Of a DNA stretch of 64,000 nucleotides, positions 47,296 to 56,244 are shown in pieces. Location: contig DVNJ01000031.1 in NCBI GenBank assembly GCA_018714485.1, positions 61,078 through 125,077 of the forward strand. Reading direction: 5' to 3'. The notes beneath the pieces are model-generated. The model saw nothing but the letters and a program-made list of their open reading frames with translations. It did not search any database and had not been told where the DNA came from. A program made the position numbers and the translations under genes. Numbering within the stretch: the first letter of the stretch is position 1; every line of letters begins with the position of its first letter. The DNA comes from Candidatus Caccalectryoclostridium excrementigallinarum (lineage in GTDB: Bacteria; Bacillota; Clostridia; Christensenellales; UBA3700).

Positions 47296-48284
47296 ATCCT
47301 CTTACCTCCCGCGGCTTTATTTACCCTGTTCATGACGGACGCCGCAACGCCCTTGTCGCCTAAATCTTCGCAGATGATATAGTCTGCTATCTTTTCCGCA
47401 TTGTGCAGCGCGGCATACATATTGCGGCAAACTTCGGCGTCGTCCTGCCCCAAGGCGATGCATCTCGCGCCGCCCGACTTTTTCACGTTTTCGCTGCGGC
47501 ATAAGATCATCGGCGATCTGCCCTCGGCGAGACGCTCCGCGTAACATGCGAGCGCGGCGGACATATCGGACGCCACGACGCAGTCGCAGGCGGGGGCGTA
47601 ATGCTTATATTTCATGCCGGGCGCGGGCGCGGCGGCGATCACCTTGCCGCTGTGCGCCTTGACGTCGACGTTGAGCACGCCCGCGATCATCTCCGCCGTC
47701 ACGGCTCCCGGGCGCAGCACGACGGGAGTTTCGCCCGTGATATCGAGCACGGTGGATTCTATCCCCACGCTGCATTCCCCGCCGTCGATGATGAGCGGGA
47801 TCCTGCCCTTCATGTCCTCATAGACGTGTTCGGCGGTCGTGGGGCTTATGTGCGTGGACAGGTTCGCCGACGGCGCCGCGACGGGGACTTTGCACGCCGC
47901 CAGAAAGCGCGAGCCGACGGGCGAGGACGGGATCCTCACGCCCACCGTGTCAAGCCCCGCCGTGACCTCGTCGGGAATACAGCTTTTCCGCGGCATGACG
48001 AGCGTGAGCGGTCCGGGCATGAAAGCGGCGATGAGCGCGTCATATTTTTTGTCGTATCCGCTCGTGACGAGCGGGATATCGTTCTTACTTGCAAGATGCA
48101 CGATGAGCGGATTGTCCGCGGGTCTGCCCTTGGCGGCAAAGACCGCCCTCACCGCCTGCGGATCGAACGCATTCGCCGCAAGTCCGTAGACCGTCTCCGT
48201 GGGGAACGCCACGACTCCGCCCGCGCGCACAATCCGTGCCCCTTCTTGTATTCCCTGCTCTCCTTTAACTATCCTCGTTTCCAT
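47292..48284 (-). CDS. tsaC: L-threonylcarbamoyladenylate synthase (Sua5/YwlC type, with Sua5 C-domain)
   Basis: 330 aa. GGVVAFPTETVYGLAANAFD. Confidence 0.9.
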   Translation of the reverse strand: METRIVKGEQGIQEGARIVRAGGVVAFPTETVYGLAANAFDPQAVRAVFAAKGRPADNPLIVHLASKNDIPLVTSGYDKKYDALIAAFMPGPLTLVMPRKSCIPDEVTAGLDTVGVRIPSSPVGSRFLAACKVPVAAPSANLSTHISPTTAEHVYEDMKGRIPLIIDGGECSVGIESTVLDITGETPVVLRPGAVTAEMIAGVLNVDVKAHSGKVIAAAPAPGMKYKHYAPACDCVVASDMSAALACYAERLAEGRSPMILCRSENVKKSGGARCIALGQDDAEVCRNMYAALHNAEKIADYIICEDLGDKGVAASVMNRVNKAAGGKRI

Positions 48285-48285
48285 A

Positions 48286-49053
48286 TCACTCCGCCAGCCA
48301 TAATATCAGCGCGCCCGCAACGATGCCGACGATCGCGCAGACGGCGACCCATTTGCACTTCACGCGCGCATACGCCTCCGCAAACATATCGTCGAAAATT
48401 ATATATAACATCGCGCCCGCGGAAAGCGCCAAACATATGCTCAAAAGCACGCCCGAGACCGCGCTGACGAAAAATCCCGCGATCGCGCCTATCACCGTCG
48501 CTATGCCCGTTGAGGCGGCGATGAGCACGGCGGGAACGCGCTTTAAGCCCGCCCTGCAAAACATGGCGGACATGGCAAGCCCCTCGGGGATATTGTGGAG
48601 CGCGATGAGCAGAGCGGCGAGCCACGCCGAACCGCTCGCGGACAAAGACCCGACCAGCATGCCCTCGGGAATGTTATGCAGCACGAGCGCCACCGCGAGC
48701 GAAAGCCCGACATAAAGGTCGCGTTTTCCTTCCGCCTCGTCCGCGATCTCCGCCTCGATATGCGGCGCATGCTTATGCTCGCCCGATTTTTTGTCCAGCA
48801 GCAGTCCCGCGGCAAAGACGATCGCCGCGCCGACGAGCGTGATCAAAAGCGTGAGCCATATCTTCCCGCCCGCTTCGAGCGATTCGGGGAGCACGTCCAA
48901 AAAAACGAGCGCCGCCATAAATCCAGCGGTGAACGCCATGAGCAGGCTGAGAACTTTTTCTCCCTTTCCGTGCACGGAGATCGGGATAAGCGCTCCGATC
49001 AGCGTTCCGCCCACGCCCGCAAGCAAACTCCACAATAAGGCTTCCCACCACAT
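48286..49053 (-). CDS. ZIP-family divalent metal transporter (ZupT-like)
   Basis: 255 aa. Two HNIPEG motifs ([21 protein letters not shown]). Confidence 0.88.
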   Translation of the reverse strand: MWWEALLWSLLAGVGGTLIGALIPISVHGKGEKVLSLLMAFTAGFMAALVFLDVLPESLEAGGKIWLTLLITLVGAAIVFAAGLLLDKKSGEHKHAPHIEAEIADEAEGKRDLYVGLSLAVALVLHNIPEGMLVGSLSASGSAWLAALLIALHNIPEGLAMSAMFCRAGLKRVPAVLIAASTGIATVIGAIAGFFVSAVSGVLLSICLALSAGAMLYIIFDDMFAEAYARVKCKWVAVCAIVGIVAGALILWLAE

Positions 49054-49059
49054 GGCTAT

Positions 49060-49088
49060 ATTTTAGTCCTTTTCGGCGCGATATGCAA
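49060..49088 (-). promoter_or_regulatory. Sigma-A type promoter ending 6 nt before the ZIP start codon
   Basis: Minus strand TTGCAT (49088..49083)-17 nt-TAAAAT (49065..49060)-atagcc-ATG (49053). No Shine-Dalgarno site. Confidence 0.6.
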
Positions 49089-49169
49089 GCGATATTTTTA
49101 CGCGCCCCTCGCAAGAAAAAAAATATTAGACACAATGTTGAATTTTTTTGTAAAATCTTTTGTAAACCG

Positions 49170-49198
49170 TTTACTTTTCGCGCGCGCGATGATATAAT
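49170..49198 (+). promoter_or_regulatory. Sigma-A type promoter for the YegP-domain gene
   Basis: TTTACT (49170..49175)-17 nt-TATAAT (49193..49198). Confidence 0.6.
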
Positions 49199-49226
49199 AA
49201 TAGTACCAAAAAAAGGAGAGATTTTT

Positions 49227-50597
49227 ATGGATCAGTTTACCAACTTAATGACAACCGAATTGTTCAAGATCGGCGACGCGTCCTTCCCCTTCTGGGCATT
49301 GCTCGTAGTCGCCATCGGTCTTATCGTCATCATCGCCGTTTGCGGCGGATGCGCTACCGCAAAGCACAACAAAAAGATGAAAGCTCAGGCGGCAGAAAAC
49401 GCCGAAGCCGAGCAGGCAGCCGCCGAACAGGCAGCTCAGGAAGAAGCCGCCCGCAAAGCAGCCGAAGAAGAGGCTGCGCGCAAGGCTGCCGAAGAAGAAG
49501 CCGCTCGTAAGGCTGCCGAGGAAGAAGCCGCTCGCAAGGCTGCCGAGGAAGAAGCCGCTCGCAAGGCTGCCGAAGAAGAGGCCGCCCGCAAAGCCGCGGA
49601 GGAAGAAGCCGCTCGCAAGGCTGCCGAAGAAGAAGCTGCTCGCAAAGCCGCCGAGGAAGAGGCCGCGCGCAAAGCCGACGAGGAAGAAGCTGCCCGCAAG
49701 GCCGCCGAGGAAGAGGCTGCTCGCAAAGCCGCCGAGGAAGAGGCTGCTCGTAAAGCCGCAGAAGAAGAGGCTGCGCGCAAGGCTGCCGAGGAAGAAGCCG
49801 CCCGCAAGGCTGCGGAGCAAGAGGCTGCGCGCAAGGCTGCGGAGCAAGAGGCTGCCCGCGAAGCCGCGGAGCAAGAAGCCGCCCGCAAGGCTGCCGAAGA
49901 AGAAGCCGCTAAGCAGCAGGAAGTTGCCGCAACTCAGGCGCCCGCTCCCAAGAAGAGCACGACGAGAAAGCCCGCTTCCGCCACCAAGAAAGCCGAAGAG
50001 GAAAAACCGGCAGAACCTGCCGCCGAGAATAAGGAGGAAGAACCCGTGAAAGAAAAGAAGTCGACCACCAAGAAGCCCGCTTCCGCGACCAAGAAGCCCG
50101 CGGCGAAGAAAGCCGAGGAAAAGAAGCCCGCTGCCGCAGCAAAGAAGCCCGCGGAGAAGAAGGCGGCCCCCGTTAAGAAGGTCGAAGAGCCTGCTCCCGC
50201 TCCCGAGAAGAACAACATCATCCTGCTCACCGACGAGCCCGCTAAGCCCGCAGGCGGCAGATATGTCATCGTCACGGACGACACCAATCCCGTAAAGCCT
50301 TACAAGTTCCAGCTCAAAGCGAACAACGGTCAGGTGCTCTACGAATCCGAAGGCTACAAGGTCAAGCCCAAGAAGGCGTCCATCAACGCTTTCAAGAAAG
50401 CCGTCGAACAGGGAACGATCGCCATCGACAAGGAGAAGAACGGCACTTTCCGTTATAAGCTCTATAAGGCAGACGGTACTCTGCTCGGCGTCGGCGAAAG
50501 CTATTCCGCCAAGGCGAGAGCCGAAAGCTCTGCCGAATCCGTCAAGGCTTTTGCCGCCAGCGCAAACTTCATCGAAGATCTGACGATCGAAGACTGA
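49227..50597 (+). CDS. Membrane-anchored protein: N-terminal TM, 17 x (E/Q)EAARKAAE repeats, Lys/Pro/Ala-rich tract, two C-terminal YegP/DUF1508 domains
   Basis: Start placed at MDQFTNLM (AAGGAGAG RBS). TM helix [21 protein letters not shown] followed by KHNKKMK. C-terminus [36 protein letters not shown] and [35 protein letters not shown] fit the DUF1508 pattern. Confidence 0.85.
   Translation: MDQFTNLMTTELFKIGDASFPFWALLVVAIGLIVIIAVCGGCATAKHNKKMKAQAAENAEAEQAAAEQAAQEEAARKAAEEEAARKAAEEEAARKAAEEEAARKAAEEEAARKAAEEEAARKAAEEEAARKAAEEEAARKAAEEEAARKADEEEAARKAAEEEAARKAAEEEAARKAAEEEAARKAAEEEAARKAAEQEAARKAAEQEAAREAAEQEAARKAAEEEAAKQQEVAATQAPAPKKSTTRKPASATKKAEEEKPAEPAAENKEEEPVKEKKSTTKKPASATKKPAAKKAEEKKPAAAAKKPAEKKAAPVKKVEEPAPAPEKNNIILLTDEPAKPAGGRYVIVTDDTNPVKPYKFQLKANNGQVLYESEGYKVKPKKASINAFKKAVEQGTIAIDKEKNGTFRYKLYKADGTLLGVGESYSAKARAESSAESVKAFAASANFIEDLTIED
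49440..49922 (+). repeat. In-frame 27-bp tandem repeat, 17 full units plus a partial 18th
   Basis: Units are phased exactly on codons from 49440. Units 1-14 encode EEAARKAAE (unit 9 is EEAARKADE). Units 15-17 encode QEAAR(K/E)AAE. The partial unit is EEAAKQQE. Neighbouring units differ mostly at synonymous sites (GCC/GCT/GCG, CGC/CGT, AAA/AAG, GAA/GAG). Confidence 0.95.
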
Positions 50598-50617
50598 TTG
50601 CGTCAATACATAATAAA

Positions 50618-50648
50618 TACCGCCGCTTTTTGCGGCGGTATTTTTTTT
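50618..50648 (+). terminator. Rho-independent terminator
   Basis: TACCGCCGC-ttttt-GCGGCGGTA followed by T8. Confidence 0.85.
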
Positions 50649-50649
50649 G

Positions 50650-50929
50650 TTTGACGTGCTTTTTTCTGCGGCAAAAAAGCGCGTCAAACGCTCTGAAAAA
50701 TCTTTTCGAAAGCTCTTCGTCACTTTTTCTTTTTCTGCGGCATAACGTGCAATATATTGCGTATGTGTTCATTATTTTGATTTGACGTGCTTTTTTAAGC
50801 GTTAAAAAGCACGTCAAACGCATCTTTTCATGCTCACAAAAAGCGGCTTTAAGGTCGATTTTTCTGCCGCTGCTTTTTGCGAAATAATTAGGCGTGAAAA
50901 AGCGCGTCAAACGACTATTTGACGCGCTT
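50650..50929. repeat. Three copies of a long palindromic element built from TTTGACG(T/C)GC and GC(A/G)CGTCAAA
   Basis: Copy A: 50650..50665 with 50673..50688 (16-nt arms, one G-U position). Copy B: 50781..50796 with 50804..50818. Copy C, with the arms in inverted order: 50897..50911 with 50918..50929. Confidence 0.8.
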
Positions 50930-50970
50930 ATTAAATACGATAAATATATTATATTATAATATTATAATAC

Positions 50971-51921
50971 TTACACGCGCGCGGAGATGAGTTTCATCTC
51001 GCCGCGCAGCGAGAACTCTCCCAGCCCGGCGGGCAGGAAATAGGTGTCGCCGCGCTCGATCCTCAGCTCCTCTTCTCCCCAAACGAGCACGCCGTCGCCC
51101 TTGATACAGGTGAGCGAAAGGAAGCAGTCTTCGTCCACGCTGCCCTTGAAAAGCGGATCGACGCTTATCTCTCTCACCGTGAAATATTTGTTTTCCGCCA
51201 GGCGGCGCACGTTTTCCGATTCGCGCACGACGCTTTCGTTCACCTTGCAGACGGCGGAAGTATTCACGACTTTAAGCGCCTTTTCGATATGCAATTCGCG
51301 CTTTTTGCCCGTCTTATCCACCCTGTCGTAATCGTAAAGGCGATAAGTAAGCGAGGAATTTTGCTGAACTTCGCAGATGAGCAAGCCGCCGCAGATGGCG
51401 TGCACCGTCCCCGAAGGGATATAGATGCAGTCCCCTTCTTTCACGGGAATAAAGTTGAGCAGCGGCAGGATCTCTCCCGCATAGAGAGCTTTTTTCAGCT
51501 GCTCCTTGTCGATCTCTTTTTTGAAGCCGCAATAGACGCCCGCGCCCTCGCTCGCCTCGACGACATACCACATTTCGCTCTTGCCGTACTGCCCTTCGTT
51601 GGCGAGCGCATATTCGTCCGAGGGGTGCACCTGCACGGAAAGATTGCTGCTTGCGTCGATGAGCTTGATGAGAATGGGGAAAAACTCGAACTGCTCGCAC
51701 GCCTTTCCCTTATAGATAGGCATATGCGCCAGCATTTCGCCGAGCGGCATGCCCGCATATTCGCCGTTTTCGATGACGCTCATGCCGTCGTTATGGCAGG
51801 AAAGCTCCCAGCTCTCGGCGATGACGTCGCCCTCGGCGGGCTTGTTCCAGCCGCTCTTCAATCTCTTTCCGCCCCAGACATAATCCTTAGTCGCGGGACG
51901 CAGTTTCATCGGATATATCAT
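50971..51921 (-). CDS. manA: Class I mannose-6-phosphate isomerase (cupin, Bacillus ManA/Pmi type)
   Basis: Start placed at MIYPMKLRPATKDYVWGG (AGGAGG RBS). Contains FPILIKLIDA..LSVQVHPSDEYA and GKSEMWYV. Its 5' end overlaps the HK gene 3' end by 35 nt. Confidence 0.88.
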   Translation of the reverse strand: MIYPMKLRPATKDYVWGGKRLKSGWNKPAEGDVIAESWELSCHNDGMSVIENGEYAGMPLGEMLAHMPIYKGKACEQFEFFPILIKLIDASSNLSVQVHPSDEYALANEGQYGKSEMWYVVEASEGAGVYCGFKKEIDKEQLKKALYAGEILPLLNFIPVKEGDCIYIPSGTVHAICGGLLICEVQQNSSLTYRLYDYDRVDKTGKKRELHIEKALKVVNTSAVCKVNESVVRESENVRRLAENKYFTVREISVDPLFKGSVDEDCFLSLTCIKGDGVLVWGEEELRIERGDTYFLPAGLGEFSLRGEMKLISARV

Positions 51922-53662
51922 CTCTTTCTTCCTCCTTTCCCGATAAAAGTTTAACGGTGAATCTCGAACCCTTGCCCAGCTCGCTTTCAAGCGTTATGTC
52001 GCCGCCGTGCATATTGACGATGATATGTTTGACGATGGCAAGTCCGAGCCCCGTACTCAATTCTTCATTGCGCGTATGCGCCTTGTCCGCCTTGAAAAAT
52101 CTTTCGAAAACGCGCGGTTTGTCCTCGTCCGCGATACCGACGCCGTTGTCGGTCACGGAGATATAGGAAAAGCCGCCCTCTTCCCAAACCTTGACCCAAA
52201 CGCTTCCGCCCTCGCGGTTATATTTGACCGCATTGCTGACCAGATTCGTGATCGCCGTGGTCATCATTTTCGGATAACAGACGGCGCCAGCGCCGCCCGA
52301 GCAGCTTATCTTCACGCCCGCGTTTTGCGCGGCGCCGCTCATGTCGTCGCAGATACTTTCGCACATGGCGCCCAAATCGACAAATTGTTTTTCTTCGTTG
52401 ACGATATTGGCGTCAAGGCGGCTGATATAGAGCATGTCGTTGATCAGAACGCCCATCTTTTCGGCGTTATGCTCGATCTCTCTCACGCAGCGCGAGATAT
52501 TCTTTTCGCTCTGCCCGGGCAGGGCGAGAAGCTCGGAATAGCCCTTTATCACGGTGAGCGGAGTTTTCAGCTCATGCGAGGCGTTGGCGAAAAATTCGCT
52601 CCTGATGTCGGCGGACTTGCTCTCTTGCGTTATGTCGGTGAAGGTGAGCAGCAGGGCGATACTGTTGAAGTTCTCAAACCACGAACCGCTCGCCGTCAAC
52701 GTTTCCACCCTGTAAACGCTGCCGCCGCGCCTGAATTCGCAAACGCCCTTTTCGCCGCTCTCCTGCGTCTTGTCCGTCGCCGAGAGAATGCCTTCGTCGC
52801 TCGTCACGTCTTCGAGCCGCAGTCCCGCGATACTCCCCTGCAAGCCAAAAATATTCAAGACGGCGTTGTTATACATGAGAATGGCGTGAGTGTCCGAGAG
52901 CGCGATTATGCCCTGCCCGATATTGTCGAGCAAAAAGGCGGCTTTGCGCTGCTCGTATTTGACCGTACCCAGCGAATCGGAGATCTTTCCGCTCAGATCG
53001 CTTATCTGACCGACTATGCCGCGAAATTCGTCGTAATCCGTGCTGATGGTTATGCCGTGAAAATTGCCGTTGTTGATGTCCTGCAAGCCCTTTTGCACGG
53101 CGATGAGCGGGCGCATGGCGCGCTTTATATAGAGATTTGTTATGCCGAGCGCCAGCAGTATGAGCACGGCGGCGACGGCGATACTGCTGCCGAAGAAGAT
53201 CCAGAAATTATCCGACGCCCAATCCGCGGGCATCATCGTGCGCAAAAATATCCGTCCGTTGACGTCGATATTCTCGCCCACGTTCACGCGCACCGTGCAT
53301 GAGAGCATGGTCACGCCCTCGTACTCGACCGTGTTGAAGACCTCGCCGCCCGTCGAGGCGGTTTGAAGGTCGCTGAGATTTTCCTTTTCGGGCGGCGGCG
53401 CGTTGGAGGTGATCAGCCTGCCGTTGCTGTCATAGATGAAGATCATCACCGAACGGGGCGGGAGCCAATTCAAGGCGTTTTCCAACTCGTAACGGTGATC
53501 GACGTCTTCGAGCCTGCGCACGTATTCGGCGGTGAAATTGCTCATCGACGTCCTCATCGTAAGATAACTCGCCAGCAGGTATCCCCCGCAGGCGAGCAAA
53601 ATTACCAAAATAAGCGTTATGCTTACCGTTGAAACTATTTGACGCGCTAACTTACTGCGCAT
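51887..53662 (-). CDS. Sensor histidine kinase (2 TM, HAMP, PAS-like, HisKA, HATPase)
   Basis: 591 aa. H-box FFANASHELKTPLTVIKGYSELL, N-box NAVKYNREGG, G-boxes DNGVGI and GLGLAIV. Confidence 0.9.
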   Translation of the reverse strand: MRSKLARQIVSTVSITLILVILLACGGYLLASYLTMRTSMSNFTAEYVRRLEDVDHRYELENALNWLPPRSVMIFIYDSNGRLITSNAPPPEKENLSDLQTASTGGEVFNTVEYEGVTMLSCTVRVNVGENIDVNGRIFLRTMMPADWASDNFWIFFGSSIAVAAVLILLALGITNLYIKRAMRPLIAVQKGLQDINNGNFHGITISTDYDEFRGIVGQISDLSGKISDSLGTVKYEQRKAAFLLDNIGQGIIALSDTHAILMYNNAVLNIFGLQGSIAGLRLEDVTSDEGILSATDKTQESGEKGVCEFRRGGSVYRVETLTASGSWFENFNSIALLLTFTDITQESKSADIRSEFFANASHELKTPLTVIKGYSELLALPGQSEKNISRCVREIEHNAEKMGVLINDMLYISRLDANIVNEEKQFVDLGAMCESICDDMSGAAQNAGVKISCSGGAGAVCYPKMMTTAITNLVSNAVKYNREGGSVWVKVWEEGGFSYISVTDNGVGIADEDKPRVFERFFKADKAHTRNEELSTGLGLAIVKHIIVNMHGGDITLESELGKGSRFTVKLLSGKEEERDDISDETASRD

Positions 53663-53665
53663 ATG

Positions 53666-54358
53666 TCATTGATTTTGCGAGAACTTATAACCGACGCCCC
53701 TGACCGTGTGGATATATTGCACGGGCGTGAATTGCGCGATCTTGCTGCGCAGAGACTTGATATGCATGTCGAGAGTTCTCGTCTCGCCCACATAGTCGTA
53801 ATCCCAGACCGCGTTCAATATCTTTTCCCTCGTCACCACGTTGTTGCATCTTTCCATGAGCAGCTTGAGCAGCTTGTATTCTTTGAGCGTGAGCTGGACG
53901 TGATGCCCCGCGACGGTCACTTCGTGCTCGTTGTTGTTGACGGTTATCTCGCCGATCGAGATGATCTCGCTGTTTCCGAGAGCGAACTTGCGAATATTGG
54001 CTTTGACGCGCGCGATCAGTTCGAGCATGCCGAAAGGCTTGGAGATATAATCGTCCGCGCCGAGGTTAAGCCCTTCCACCTTGTCTTTTTCGTCGCCTTT
54101 CGCGCTGACGATGATGACGGGGATAGGCTTTGTGTTTTCAGAAGATTTGAGGATCTTGAGCGCATCCAGACCGCTCATGCCGGGCAGCATCAGGTCGAGA
54201 ATGATGATGTCGCAGCTCTCGCCTTTTTCGAAAGCGTCGAACATTCCCTCCGCCTTTTCAAAGCAGGCGACCTCGAATTCGTCATTATCGAAAGCTATTT
54301 CATAAAGACCGCTGATACTCCTGTCGTCTTCAACAACGAAGATCTTGTGTTTGTTCAA
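53666..54358 (-). CDS. OmpR-family response regulator
   Basis: 230 aa. Receiver domain (FVVEDD, DLMLPGMSG, SAKG) plus a winged-helix C-domain (HTVRGVGYKF). Apparent TTG start 8 nt after GGAGGT. Confidence 0.92.
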   Translation of the reverse strand: MNKHKIFVVEDDRSISGLYEIAFDNDEFEVACFEKAEGMFDAFEKGESCDIIILDLMLPGMSGLDALKILKSSENTKPIPVIIVSAKGDEKDKVEGLNLGADDYISKPFGMLELIARVKANIRKFALGNSEIISIGEITVNNNEHEVTVAGHHVQLTLKEYKLLKLLMERCNNVVTREKILNAVWDYDYVGETRTLDMHIKSLRSKIAQFTPVQYIHTVRGVGYKFSQNQ

Positions 54359-54542
54359 AATTCTTTACCTCCGAATTGTTGTTTACATTATAACACGCAG
54401 ATCGCGCAATGTAAATTACAATTTTGCACTTCTTACATAAAATATACAAAATCGCGCTTAATGTCGCGTATTTTGCCCGATAACGTGCAGTTTTCCGCCA
54501 TTTGCTAAAATAGGCTTTTAGTTTTGATTTGTTTTTGCGTGC

Positions 54543-54573
54543 AAAAGGCGGAGAGAAAATTCCCCCGCCTTTT
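54543..54573. terminator. Terminator hairpin after the alpha-glucosidase gene
   Basis: AAAA-GGCGG-agagaaaattccc-CCGCC-TTTT. Confidence 0.6.
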
Positions 54574-54585
54574 AATTTGTTTAAG

Positions 54586-56244
54586 TTATTTCACGATCTC
54601 GAACACGACCGCTTCATAGGGGCGCAGCGAGCAAGAAAGCTCACTTCCCGCATAATTTGAAAGCAAAACTCTCCCCTTCGAAAACCCTTCGGGCAGGGCG
54701 AAACTCGCCTCCTTGTTCTTGAAGTTGGCGACGACGAGCAGCGTTTTACCCTCAAAAGTGCGCGTATAGGCGAAGACGTTTTTGTTCTTTTTGTCGAGTT
54801 GCTTAAAGTCGCCGCATTTGACGATCTCGTTGCCGCGACGGAAGGCATGCAGGCGCGCATAGAAGTTATATATCGACCTCTCGCCCGCTTTGAGATCCGC
54901 CTCGACGTTTATCTCCCCGAAAGAGGGATTGAGCATCATCCAGGGCTTTCCCGACGTGAATCCCGCGTTCTTCTCCGCGCTCCACTGCATGGGCGTGCGC
55001 GCATGGTCGCGGGCGCGGCGCGCCAGGCAATAGCGCGCGATCGTCTTCCCCAGCGGGATCTTCGAGGCTATATCAAAGACCTGTCGCGCCATCACGTCGA
55101 GATAATCCTCGTCGCGGAATTTGCAATTTATCATGCCTATCTCCTGCCCCTGATAGACATATGGCGTCCCTTTTTGCATCTGCATCGCCACGGCGAGCAT
55201 TGTCGCCGCCTCAAAGCGCCTCTCGCCGAAGTCGCCCGTGAAGCGTCCCAAAGAGCGCGGCTGATCGTGATTTTCCAAAAACAGCGTGTTCCAGCAGGTA
55301 TCGGGCAGGCTCTGCCACTTTGAAAGCACCTTGGTGAAGCGAGGCAGCTTGAACTTATGCGGCACGACTTCCATATACATATCCGTGCACATATGCTCAA
55401 ATCCGAAAATGGTGTCCAGCTCGCGCCTGTTCTCGTCTATGCATTCGGGCGCCTTTTCGAAAGTTATGCCCGTGGACTCGCCCACGGTATAGGAATCGTA
55501 TTTAGACCACGAGTTTTCGTTCAGCTCGCGTATGAATTCGTGATAGCGCGGTCCGAGCACGAAATGCTCGTCGCCGCACATGATCGGATTGAACTTGCCC
55601 TTGGGCAGTCCGTCCGCCTTGGAGATATAGGTGATGACATCGCAACGGAAGCCGTCCACGCCCTTATCCATCCAAAAATTGCAGATGTCGGCGATCTCGC
55701 GGCGCACGGCGGGATTTTCCCAATTCAGGTCGGGTTGCTTTTTGCTGAACAGGTGCAAATACCATTCCCCCGTCTTTTCGTCGTATGCCCAGGCGCTGCC
55801 GCCGAAGCGCGACGTCCAGTTGTTGGGCGGCTTGCGTCCGTCCTTTCCCCTGCCCTTGCGCCAGATATAATAGTCGCGGTAAGGGTTCTCCTTGGATTCG
55901 CGGCTCTTGACGAACCATTCGTGCTCGTCCGAGGTATGGTTGGCGACAAGGTCCATGATCAGCTTTATGCCGCGCTCATGCATGCCCTCGAGCATCTCGT
56001 CGAAGTCCGCCATCGTTCCGAATTCGTCCATGATGTCGCGGTAATTGCTTATGTCGTAACCGTTGTCGTCGTTGGGCGACTTATAGATAGGCGAAAGCCA
56101 GACTGCGTTCACGCCCAAATTTTTGATATAGTCGAGCTTGGAGATTATCCCGCGCAGATCGCCTATCCCGTCGCCGTTCGAATCGCAGAAACTGCGCGGA
56201 TAGATCTGATAGACCACCGCGTCCTTATACCATCTTGTCTTCAT
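54586..56244 (-). CDS. GH13 alpha-glucosidase / oligo-1,6-glucosidase
   Basis: Start placed at MKTRWYKDAVVYQIYPRSF (GGAGG RBS). Conserved regions are DLVANHTS, GFRCDVI, TVGE and FLENHDQPR. Confidence 0.92.
   Translation of the reverse strand: MKTRWYKDAVVYQIYPRSFCDSNGDGIGDLRGIISKLDYIKNLGVNAVWLSPIYKSPNDDNGYDISNYRDIMDEFGTMADFDEMLEGMHERGIKLIMDLVANHTSDEHEWFVKSRESKENPYRDYYIWRKGRGKDGRKPPNNWTSRFGGSAWAYDEKTGEWYLHLFSKKQPDLNWENPAVRREIADICNFWMDKGVDGFRCDVITYISKADGLPKGKFNPIMCGDEHFVLGPRYHEFIRELNENSWSKYDSYTVGESTGITFEKAPECIDENRRELDTIFGFEHMCTDMYMEVVPHKFKLPRFTKVLSKWQSLPDTCWNTLFLENHDQPRSLGRFTGDFGERRFEAATMLAVAMQMQKGTPYVYQGQEIGMINCKFRDEDYLDVMARQVFDIASKIPLGKTIARYCLARRARDHARTPMQWSAEKNAGFTSGKPWMMLNPSFGEINVEADLKAGERSIYNFYARLHAFRRGNEIVKCGDFKQLDKKNKNVFAYTRTFEGKTLLVVANFKNKEASFALPEGFSKGRVLLSNYAGSELSCSLRPYEAVVFEIVK

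Noticed and set aside
49440-49922. Possibility that the 27-bp repeat array is a CRISPR array or non-coding VNTR
   Set aside because: The units are contiguous with no spacers. They are phased on codons of a long ORF and conserved at the amino-acid level.
49245-50723. 492-aa and 150-aa minus-strand ORFs ([13 protein letters not shown] repeats) opposite the YegP gene
   Set aside because: These are the reverse-complement reading of the 27-bp coding repeat. The longer one runs through the + strand terminator and has no RBS.
50569-50910. 113-aa minus-strand ORF across the palindrome-rich intergenic region
   Set aside because: It is highly basic and low in complexity, overlaps the 3' end and terminator of the YegP gene, is built from the palindromic repeats, and has no RBS.
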